NCBI GenBank assembly: GCA_965541635.1
Contig: CBEUCN010000001.1
Location: 13,526 to 77,525, forward strand
Direction: 5' to 3'
DNA: 64,000 nt
Origin: an uncultured bacterium
GTDB lineage: Bacteria; Omnitrophota; Gorgyraeia; Kaelpiales; Kaelpiaceae
Part shown: in pieces, positions 49,136 to 56,842 of the stretch
How the letters are laid out: every line of letters begins with the position of its first letter
How positions within the stretch are numbered: position 1 is the first letter of the stretch
Made by a program: the position numbers and the translations under genes
The notes under the pieces: model-generated
Told to the model about the DNA's origin: nothing
Database searches by the model: none
Seen by the model: only the letters and a program-made list of their open reading frames with translations

Positions 49136-50102
49136 AGAGGATAATTTTATCCCTTATCCCCGGAGATGTCCAGATATCTATATGACCATTGGTCTTTCGG
49201 ATTATAACTCCTTCCAGTTGAGGACGATTCACAATGACCTTTCTACCCTCTTCCCATCCCAGAACAAACACTGCTGTTGCCCAGGCATCTGCTTGAATAC
49301 AGGTAGGAGCAATTATGGTTACACTTTCTAACTTATTATCTACAGGATAACCTGTGCGAGGATCAATAAGGTGTCCATATCTTTTCCCCCGCCACCAAAT
49401 ACAATTTTCATAGTTACCAGAAGTTGCTATTCCAACATCAGTAACACTGATTTCAGCAATCAGCCTCTCTTTATGTATGGGGTCCCTGATGCCTATTCTC
49501 CAATTTTTACCATTAGGACCTTTCCCAAAACAATATATATCTCCTCCAATTTCAACCATAGCATTTTTTATCCCTGATTTCTTTAGAAAATCTGCCACCA
49601 AATCTATACCATATCCTTTGGCTATTCCACTTAATTGTAGTTTCATCCCTTTTTTCTTTAAAAATACCTTACAATTTTCAACTTCCAATTCCCTCCAATT
49701 CACCAGTTGTTTTATTTTCTTCACATCCTGGCTGGAAGGAGGAAATTGTTTACAATTTCTAAAATTCCAGAGATCAATCAGAGGCCCAATTGTAGGGTCG
49801 AATGCAGAATCCGACTGCTGGGCTATTTCCACGGCTTTTTTTATAACAAAACACAATTGTGGCGATACTTTTACTGCACGTATGCCGGCATTTTTATTTA
49901 TCTCTGCTATCTTATTTCCTAAGGCATAACTGGAAAACTGATTCTCAACAGCAGTCAAAATCTTTTCTATTCCTGTTTTTAAATTTTGGGGTATTTTCTT
50001 ATCACAAATTTTAACCTGATAATAAGTATGCATGGTATCACCATTAATCACAAAAAGTTCAGAATGAAAAAGAAGTGATAATAGAAATAAGATGATTAAC
50101 AT
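49125..50102 (-). CDS. apbE: FAD:protein FMN transferase (ApbE family)
   Basis: N-terminal signal/lipobox-like region; ApbE motifs AFDPTIG...GIAKGYG. Confidence 0.85.
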   Translation of the reverse strand: MLIILFLLSLLFHSELFVINGDTMHTYYQVKICDKKIPQNLKTGIEKILTAVENQFSSYALGNKIAEINKNAGIRAVKVSPQLCFVIKKAVEIAQQSDSAFDPTIGPLIDLWNFRNCKQFPPSSQDVKKIKQLVNWRELEVENCKVFLKKKGMKLQLSGIAKGYGIDLVADFLKKSGIKNAMVEIGGDIYCFGKGPNGKNWRIGIRDPIHKERLIAEISVTDVGIATSGNYENCIWWRGKRYGHLIDPRTGYPVDNKLESVTIIAPTCIQADAWATAVFVLGWEEGRKVIVNRPQLEGVIIRKTNGHIDIWTSPGIRDKIILYGN

Positions 50103-50722
50103 TTCAAATAGAATGGTAGAGAGAGCAATTCTGTAGAAAGATCCACATTTTTAACTATAACTGATGAAGAAAAACTTAATCGCACAGGGGCAAAGTTGAG
50201 TAATGCCTTCACTCCCGCTGATACCATTTTTTCCGCAACATCAGGAGCAGATTCAGCAGGAACAGCAATAATTCCAATCTTAATCCTGTGTTTTAAAATC
50301 ACTTCTCTCATTTTCTTGTGAGAATATATTTTTACTCGTTGAATCTTTTTTCCAATTTTTTGAGGGTCAGAATCAAAAGCACAACAAATATCAAATCCTG
50401 CTTCTCTAAATCCTCGATAAGAAAGTAAAGCAGTTCCCAAATGTCCTACACCGGCTAAAGCCACTTTCCACACTCGACGGTGAAGCTTAAGAATTTTTTT
50501 AAGATTGGTTATCAAAATGCTGACATTGTATCCTCTACCCACTTCTCCGAATTGTCCAAAATAACTGAGATCTTTTCTTAACTGCGCAGAATCAACTCCG
50601 CATAATTTACCCATTTCCTGTGAAGATATAAATACTTTCTTCTCTCTAGCAACTTTTTCCAAAGTTCTAAGATATAGTGCCAGACGATAAATCGTAGTTT
50701 TGGGAATTTTTTCTTTATGCAT
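50096..50722 (-). CDS. rex: redox-sensing transcriptional repressor Rex
   Basis: Winged-helix N-terminus (TIYRLALYLR) plus a Rossmann NADH-sensing domain (GAGHLGTAL). Confidence 0.85.
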   Translation of the reverse strand: MHKEKIPKTTIYRLALYLRTLEKVAREKKVFISSQEMGKLCGVDSAQLRKDLSYFGQFGEVGRGYNVSILITNLKKILKLHRRVWKVALAGVGHLGTALLSYRGFREAGFDICCAFDSDPQKIGKKIQRVKIYSHKKMREVILKHRIKIGIIAVPAESAPDVAEKMVSAGVKALLNFAPVRLSFSSSVIVKNVDLSTELLSLPFYLKC

Positions 50723-51806
50723 ATTCTAATATTCGAGGAATATCTACATATTGCGCTACCATTTCCTTAATGAGTTTGATTTTATCAACATCACAGGGAC
50801 GAAGTTTAACACTTAAATCATGTAATTTAGAAACTGTGCTATATGTGTCATCCTCAGAAATTAATAGAGGGATCCTAACTTTTTTTATCATATTAAGTAT
50901 CCTATTATCTGGAACTATTCCACCAGTAAGCAAAATCCCTGCAATACTGGCTTGAGAATCAGTATCGGAAATCAAGTGAGATCCAATGGCCGCTAAAATT
51001 ATATCTTCTCTATCTCCCGGAGTCACCACCAGAGTATTTTTATGAATGTATTTTAGAGCTTCATGGGGCTCCATTGCTCCAATAATTATTTTCTCCACCA
51101 GATTTGATTTTTTATCCTCACCAGCAAGAAATGGCAATTGCATCTCCTCTGATATCTGTTCTATAGTTGGTGCTGAAAGTATAGGATTATAAGGTATAAT
51201 ACCCAGTTCATTAATATTGTGCCTTTTCAAACCCAATTTTACAATCTTTGCAATCTTTTCATACTTATCTTTAAGCACTTTATTTATTATTACTCCTAAG
51301 CAATGAGCTTTTTCCTTCTCAAACAATGCTCGGTTTAATATAATTTCATCAATCGGTCTTCCAATTCCCCCTGATGAAATCAAAATTACCTTGGCTGCAA
51401 GCATTTTGGCCACGCGAGCATTGGAATGATCAAATACTGACCCTACTCCAGCGTGACCAGTTCCTTCTATTATTACCAGATCAGAATTAGCAGTTATCCT
51501 TTCAAATGATTCCATTATCTGGGCAGAAATCTTCTCAGGATCAGGATTCTGAATATATCTTTCAGTAAACCCCCGTTCAACAGCCACAGGGTTAAGATCC
51601 TTTAATGGTACTGTAAAATTACATACCTTTTCAATTAAAACGGAATCTTCATCTACTTTATATCCTTCTTCTACCAGATATCTCTGTCCTATAGGTTTTA
51701 TAAATCCAATTTTAGGAAAATGTTCTTTAAGATTGAGTATCAAGCCCAGAGCAATGGTGGTTTTACCATCGTTCTGGCGGGTAGCAGCAATAAATAATTT
51801 CTTCAT
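50715..51806 (-). CDS. CobQ/MinD-type P-loop + DRTGG domain protein (Pta N-terminal-like)
   Basis: N-terminal ATRQNDGKTT P-loop; C-terminal DRTGG-like region (VVTPGDRED). Confidence 0.55.
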   Translation of the reverse strand: MKKLFIAATRQNDGKTTIALGLILNLKEHFPKIGFIKPIGQRYLVEEGYKVDEDSVLIEKVCNFTVPLKDLNPVAVERGFTERYIQNPDPEKISAQIMESFERITANSDLVIIEGTGHAGVGSVFDHSNARVAKMLAAKVILISSGGIGRPIDEIILNRALFEKEKAHCLGVIINKVLKDKYEKIAKIVKLGLKRHNINELGIIPYNPILSAPTIEQISEEMQLPFLAGEDKKSNLVEKIIIGAMEPHEALKYIHKNTLVVTPGDREDIILAAIGSHLISDTDSQASIAGILLTGGIVPDNRILNMIKKVRIPLLISEDDTYSTVSKLHDLSVKLRPCDVDKIKLIKEMVAQYVDIPRILEYA

Positions 51807-52756
51807 AATTCAAACACTCGGAATTTCATTCCCTTTTCCAATCCTTTTACGATTTTATACACACATAAATTATAAGGTAAATTCAAACCTAACTTTTTCC
51901 CTTCTGCAATCACAGCACCATTAATAGCATCTATTTCAGTTTTGTGATTTTTCAGAATATCCTGAAGCATGGAAGAAATATTATTCTTAGTTAAGGTGCA
52001 TACCTGTTCTACCTTTTGCCAGGGGTCATCATATATCAATTTTATTCCTTTTAATTCTGCCACCTGCAAAGCTTCATTCACAAGATTGTGCATTATCTCT
52101 CTTATTACAGGAATTTCCACCAATTTTCCATTTCTGTAATTAGTTATTGCGGTTAAAGCATTTATTCCTACATTTATTATCAATTTACTCCAGATTACAC
52201 TTTCAATATCTTTATAAATAACAGTATCAATTCCTGAGTTATCAAACGCGTTTTTAATTTTAATTAAAAATTTATGGATTTTAGAAAAATTTTCAGCAAT
52301 GTAAGACCCCAGAATGGTTTCTCCCTTACCAGCATGCCTAACGGTACTGATATTAATGCGGGTAGCCCCCTGATTGGTAACTCCCAGAATAATCCTGTGA
52401 GGCAAAATATATTTTGCTATAATTTCGGCGTTACCCAGCCCATTTTGAATGGAAAGAAGATAACAATTTCTACCAACAATAGAGACAATCCTTCTAACTG
52501 CAGCCTGAGTATCATAACTTTTAACTGCTAAAATTATTAACTCTGGAGGAGGAATCTTTTCAGGATCGGTTGTTATATTTACATCTGTTAATTGGATTCT
52601 TTCTCCCGTAAGAGATATAAAATTGATACCACTCTCTGAAAGTAATCGTGCTCGCCGCTTATTTTTATCTATAAGATATACCTCGTTACCCCCTACACGC
52701 AGCAGGCTATAAAACAATAATCCTAAAGCACCAGGACCAACAATTGCTATTCTCAT
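51803..52756 (-). CDS. panE: 2-dehydropantoate 2-reductase family (PanE/ApbA)
   Basis: N-terminal IAIVGPGALG Rossmann and a ketopantoate reductase C-domain. Confidence 0.8.
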   Translation of the reverse strand: MRIAIVGPGALGLLFYSLLRVGGNEVYLIDKNKRRARLLSESGINFISLTGERIQLTDVNITTDPEKIPPPELIILAVKSYDTQAAVRRIVSIVGRNCYLLSIQNGLGNAEIIAKYILPHRIILGVTNQGATRINISTVRHAGKGETILGSYIAENFSKIHKFLIKIKNAFDNSGIDTVIYKDIESVIWSKLIINVGINALTAITNYRNGKLVEIPVIREIMHNLVNEALQVAELKGIKLIYDDPWQKVEQVCTLTKNNISSMLQDILKNHKTEIDAINGAVIAEGKKLGLNLPYNLCVYKIVKGLEKGMKFRVFEL

Positions 52757-53184
52757 TCCTGTTTGTGGTAACTGGCATGAGCAGTGGTATAAATTCCTCC
52801 TCGAACGTTAAATTCGCCTATAACTTCAAGTTTAATGGGATCAAGAACTTTAACCAGATCTTCCAGAATTTTATTCACCACATGCTCATGAAAAATCCTT
52901 ACCTGTCTGTAAGACAGAAGATAATATTTCAAAGACTTCAATTCAATACATAACTTATTGGGAATATATTTAATAGTAATCTTAGCAAAATCTGGAAGTC
53001 CGGAAAATGGACACAGACATGTAAATTCAGAAGTAGTATGTTCCATAACTATCTGTCTGTGAGGATATTCATAGGGAAAAGTAACTAAAATAGAAGAATC
53101 AATTACTTCGGGACCAAATGTCTCTCCAGTTGCCTTCCTAGCCTTTTGCTCCAATTCCGAAGGGACTCTATCTTCATAAACCAT
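52753..53184 (-). CDS. queF: NADPH-dependent 7-cyano-7-deazaguanine reductase
   Basis: EFTCLCPFSGLPDF (the QueF catalytic Cys motif); 143 aa, unimodular type. Confidence 0.85.
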   Translation of the reverse strand: MVYEDRVPSELEQKARKATGETFGPEVIDSSILVTFPYEYPHRQIVMEHTTSEFTCLCPFSGLPDFAKITIKYIPNKLCIELKSLKYYLLSYRQVRIFHEHVVNKILEDLVKVLDPIKLEVIGEFNVRGGIYTTAHASYHKQE

Positions 53185-53190
53185 ATCAAT

Positions 53191-54012
53191 TCACCTCACT
53201 TCTAAAATAAGTGACCTATCTATTCTAAGCCTTCCTTTTCTGCCAGAAATTTGCACTTCCAGAGTTACAGAAGATTGATCTTGAGAAATAATTCTACCTT
53301 TAAAGAGATATCCATTTCTTAAAGTTACCATTACAGGACATTGGGGTAATTGTTGAAACACCTGCTCCTGAGATTTGGAAGAACCAGTAATATATCTTGT
53401 AACCACACCTTTAAATCTCTGCAATAAAGAAGCCAATTTAGTGTGATAAACAAAATATCCTGCCATCGCTATTATAATTCCAACAATCAAAATCTTTGTT
53501 ACAAATATTCTTAATTTTATAATCGGGATTTTCCTAATATCAGTTATGCTCCCCTTTTTTCTTTTCTTCTTGGAAAAGTACATTGCTTTGTCAGCAAGAG
53601 ATATCAGTTGCTTGGGATTATTGCCATCGTAAGGATAAGATGCAATTCCATAACTGGCAGAAAGTTTATACAATCGATTCCCAGATAAAAACGGTCTTCT
53701 GTAAAGATGGCGATTACATAGTTTGAAAATATTTGTAACTGCGCGTTTATCTCTCTTAGGAAATACCACTAAAAATTCATCTCCTCCCAATCTAAAGATT
53801 TTACCCAAAGCACCGATAGTCAATTTTAAGGTGCTGGCAACATATTTTAGAATTTCATCTCCAAAAGCATGTCCATATTTATCATTATATTTTTTAAATC
53901 CATTGAGATCGATTAGGCCTACAGTAAATGGCGTATTTTCATTTATAAGTTTATTAAGATAAGGGATAAGTTCCTCACGAGTATAAAATCCAGTAAGAAT
54001 ATCTTCCTTCAT
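53191..54012 (-). CDS. GGDEF-domain diguanylate cyclase with a C-terminal TM helix and small beta-rich tail domain
   Basis: RLGGDEF active site, then the hydrophobic segment ILIVGIIIAMAGYFVY, then a 75-aa tail. Confidence 0.8.
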   Translation of the reverse strand: MKEDILTGFYTREELIPYLNKLINENTPFTVGLIDLNGFKKYNDKYGHAFGDEILKYVASTLKLTIGALGKIFRLGGDEFLVVFPKRDKRAVTNIFKLCNRHLYRRPFLSGNRLYKLSASYGIASYPYDGNNPKQLISLADKAMYFSKKKRKKGSITDIRKIPIIKLRIFVTKILIVGIIIAMAGYFVYHTKLASLLQRFKGVVTRYITGSSKSQEQVFQQLPQCPVMVTLRNGYLFKGRIISQDQSSVTLEVQISGRKGRLRIDRSLILEVR

Positions 54013-54014
54013 AT

Positions 54015-54200
54015 TCAGAATCTAATAAAGAAATCTACAAAGGGATTTTGCCACTCTTTGGTCATTTTCTTCAATTGATATCGCAGAACTAATATTACAG
54101 CACCTATAAATATGAGAAGAAAGGAGACAATCAAAGAAAGCAATTGAGGATAAATGGCAATCAATATTCCTGCAATTATCAATACAATTCCTACAAGCAT
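54015..54200 (-). CDS. small two-helix membrane protein
   Basis: 61 aa, almost entirely hydrophobic. Preferred over the Cys-rich alternative-frame ORF 54022..54234. Confidence 0.35.
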   Translation of the reverse strand: MLVGIVLIIAGILIAIYPQLLSLIVSFLLIFIGAVILVLRYQLKKMTKEWQNPFVDFFIRF

Positions 54201-54202
54201 CT

Positions 54203-54910
54203 TTACCTCCCCTGTTTTTTATTATTATATACACAAAACCTGGAAATTAAAATGCTTAATTCCAGAAGAACTATTAAAGGTAAAGCCAGAAGTAACTGAC
54301 TGAGAACATCAGGAGGTGTAAGGACAGCAGAGACAATAAAATTCAACAGATAAATCTCTCTTCTCCTGTGTCGAAGAAATTCCAGACTGATTACTCCCAC
54401 ACATACTCCCGCAACAAGAACGATTGGCAATTGGGAAAGAATTACTAATATTAAAAATAATGTAAAGAAAACTGAAACATAATTATTCACAGTTATCTGA
54501 GGCAAAATCTCAGGAATAGTAAATTTGATAAGAAATTTTAAGATATATGGAAATACAAAAAATTTATAAACAAAAATACAACTAATAAACAAACATAATG
54601 AAAGAAATAGAAACAAAACTGCCTGTTTAACTTTGAAAATTGCAGACTGAATAAATTTAAACAATTGGTAAAGAGCAACTGGATAACACAGTATCATTGC
54701 CGAATAAAATGCTAATTTCAATCTCACCAATAACACTTCTGCAGGATGAATAAAAATCAAAGAAATAGAATTATTTTTTATCCATTCTAAAATTTTCTGA
54801 GATTGAGAAAGGGATATCAAAAATATAACAACAAAAATTATTCCCACATAAATAATTCTTAGGCGTAGTTCCTCCAGATGGTCAAGGAAGGAAAACTCAT
54901 TTTTACTCAT
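54203..54910 (-). CDS. tatC: twin-arginine translocase subunit TatC
   Basis: N-terminus FLDHLEELRLRII plus six TM segments. Confidence 0.85.
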   Translation of the reverse strand: MSKNEFSFLDHLEELRLRIIYVGIIFVVIFLISLSQSQKILEWIKNNSISLIFIHPAEVLLVRLKLAFYSAMILCYPVALYQLFKFIQSAIFKVKQAVLFLFLSLCLFISCIFVYKFFVFPYILKFLIKFTIPEILPQITVNNYVSVFFTLFLILVILSQLPIVLVAGVCVGVISLEFLRHRRREIYLLNFIVSAVLTPPDVLSQLLLALPLIVLLELSILISRFCVYNNKKQGR

Positions 54911-55080
54911 TCAGATTCTTTATCCTGATGATTTTCTTTTTCCAGTTCTCGAGAAACCTTTCGAAATTCTCTCAGAGCTTTAGCCAAAGACCTTCCCAAT
55001 TCTGGCAGTCTCTTAGCACCAAATAGTAAAAGCAGGATTAACAATATTAATAAAAGTTCACCGCCTCCTATCCGGAACAT
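54907..55080 (-). CDS. tatA: twin-arginine translocase subunit TatA/E (not in the ORF track)
   Basis: Manual translation gives MFRIGGGELLLILLILLLLFGAKRLPELGRSLAKALREFRKVSRELEKENHQDKESE. The stop overlaps the tatC ATG (ATGA). The start overlaps the comEC 3' end by 13 nt. Confidence 0.8.
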   Translation of the reverse strand: MFRIGGGELLLILLILLLLFGAKRLPELGRSLAKALREFRKVSRELEKENHQDKESE

Positions 55081-56477
55081 TGAACACCTCCTGTGTTTGT
55101 TTTGATTATAACACTCATAAAGTATATCCCCGCAAATAAAAATCCATATATCATAATAACTGCTTTTGCAGTAACGGGGGGTAATTTTATACAGGCATAA
55201 TTTTTATTAGATATAAATTCCATAATTTTAAAAAAGAAAAATAGAAAAGGATAAGATGCAGTTGCAAAAAACTGAGCCAGTGGGAAAGCAACAAGAGAAG
55301 AAAACAGAGAGCAAAATCCCATACTTAAAATTAAAGTAAATACGGGAACTAACACAAAATTTACTGGGAATTGGAAAACAGTAAATCTTTTCCAGTAATA
55401 CCATATAAGGGGAGAAGTAAAAATCCAGGCTGAAAAAATAACTTTAATATAATTAGAAATTTTCCCTTTAATAGAATAAGGCTGAAAGGATGGAAATAAT
55501 TTCAACACTAAACAAATTCCAACCACAGCAATAAAAGATAATTGAAAACTTACCTGATAAATAGCAGCCGGATCTAAAAATAAAATTATAATAGCAGCCA
55601 GTATAATCAGATTGAAAATATTTATCTCTCTATAAAATAGACTGAAATAAAGATAAACCACAGCCATTATTGTTGCCCTCATTACTGGAGGCCTGCCGGC
55701 AGTAAGAATAAGATATAGAACCGAAATCAGAATTAATAAAATACTTCTTGCCCTCTTTTTGATACCAGAAATCTTAAAGATGAAGTGGAAGAAGAAAAGT
55801 ATAAGTCCAACATGAAGCCCACTTATAGCCAGAATATGAGCAAGCCCTGCTCTCTGGACATTATGCCGAATAGTTTTTAAATTTTCTCTATCTCCTATCG
55901 TAATTGCTTTCACAAACCCTGCAAACTCATAAGGATATAATTCATCTATCATCTGTGAAAAATATCTTTTTAATTGATAAATGTATTTTTTAATTGAAAA
56001 ATGAGACCCTATTATTTGAAAATCTTCTAAAAAGAAATATATATTTTTTCCTATCTTCCTAAAATTACCCCTAGCGGTTATTATCTGTCCTGGTTGAATT
56101 TTTTCATTTTTGGGAGCACAAATTTTAATATTGAAATCTTTGCCTAAAACATTACCAGTAAACATAATCTTATCTTCTATAGTAGTGGGGATAGAATTTA
56201 TCTTAAAACTGATATAACTAAGCCCATTTCTTCTCCAGACATCCAGAACTTTTCTGGTAGTAGTAACTTTTATACCAGCAATCATTCCCAGAGCAGCAAA
56301 TAATAAACATAAAAATAAATAAAATATACTTTTTCTGCGCACAAGAAAGCCAGCAATTAGAGATATTGTTCCTATTATAAAAACTAACTCCAGTTTTACA
56401 TCTATAAACTGCACTATTACAAGACCTGAGAGATAAGAGACAAATATTACAAATAGAAGATAAGAAAAAGGAGGCAT
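55068..56477 (-). CDS. comEC: ComEC/Rec2-family DNA uptake channel protein (membrane domains only, no C-terminal MBL domain)
   Basis: A 469-aa polytopic membrane protein with the DUF4131 + competence region pattern. It lies downstream of comEA. Confidence 0.7.
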   Translation of the reverse strand: MPPFSYLLFVIFVSYLSGLVIVQFIDVKLELVFIIGTISLIAGFLVRRKSIFYLFLCLLFAALGMIAGIKVTTTRKVLDVWRRNGLSYISFKINSIPTTIEDKIMFTGNVLGKDFNIKICAPKNEKIQPGQIITARGNFRKIGKNIYFFLEDFQIIGSHFSIKKYIYQLKRYFSQMIDELYPYEFAGFVKAITIGDRENLKTIRHNVQRAGLAHILAISGLHVGLILFFFHFIFKISGIKKRARSILLILISVLYLILTAGRPPVMRATIMAVVYLYFSLFYREINIFNLIILAAIIILFLDPAAIYQVSFQLSFIAVVGICLVLKLFPSFQPYSIKGKISNYIKVIFSAWIFTSPLIWYYWKRFTVFQFPVNFVLVPVFTLILSMGFCSLFSSLVAFPLAQFFATASYPFLFFFFKIMEFISNKNYACIKLPPVTAKAVIMIYGFLFAGIYFMSVIIKTNTGGVQCSG

Positions 56478-56478
56478 T

Positions 56479-56838
56479 TTATATCTTAAAATATTTCCGT
56501 AACTTCTGGAATTTTCTCTCTCCGATACCTTTTATCTCTTTTAACTGATGTAACCTCTGAAACTTACCATGAAATTGCCTATATTCTATAATTCTTTGAG
56601 CAGTAACAGGACCAATACCTGGAACCTGTAGTAACTGGGTGTAAGTGGCAGAATTGATATCCAGAGGAAATAAAACATCTTCCTCGTGGTTATTTTGAAC
56701 CTCTAATGCTATATTTTTAAGATTGAATACCTTAAGGCTGAAAACTGAAAACAAACACAAACCCAGAAATAGAATTAGATACTTTTCATGGGTGGTTAAG
56801 TAAATGTTATTTAAAAAATTCCATTTTAGCCTGGGCAT
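56479..56838 (-). CDS. comEA: competence protein ComEA (helix-hairpin-helix DNA receptor)
   Basis: N-terminal TM followed by DINSATYTQLLQVPGIGPVTAQRIIEYR (tandem HhH). Confidence 0.85.
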   Translation of the reverse strand: MPRLKWNFLNNIYLTTHEKYLILFLGLCLFSVFSLKVFNLKNIALEVQNNHEEDVLFPLDINSATYTQLLQVPGIGPVTAQRIIEYRQFHGKFQRLHQLKEIKGIGERKFQKLRKYFKI

Positions 56839-56842
56839 TGTT

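Noticed and set aside
54022-54234. Alternative-frame 70-aa minus-strand ORF overlapping the 61-aa membrane ORF
   Set aside because: The Cys/Asn-rich composition is atypical for this genome's proteins. The overlapping frame 54015-54200 encodes a clean two-helix hydrophobic peptide, which was preferred, though with low confidence in either.
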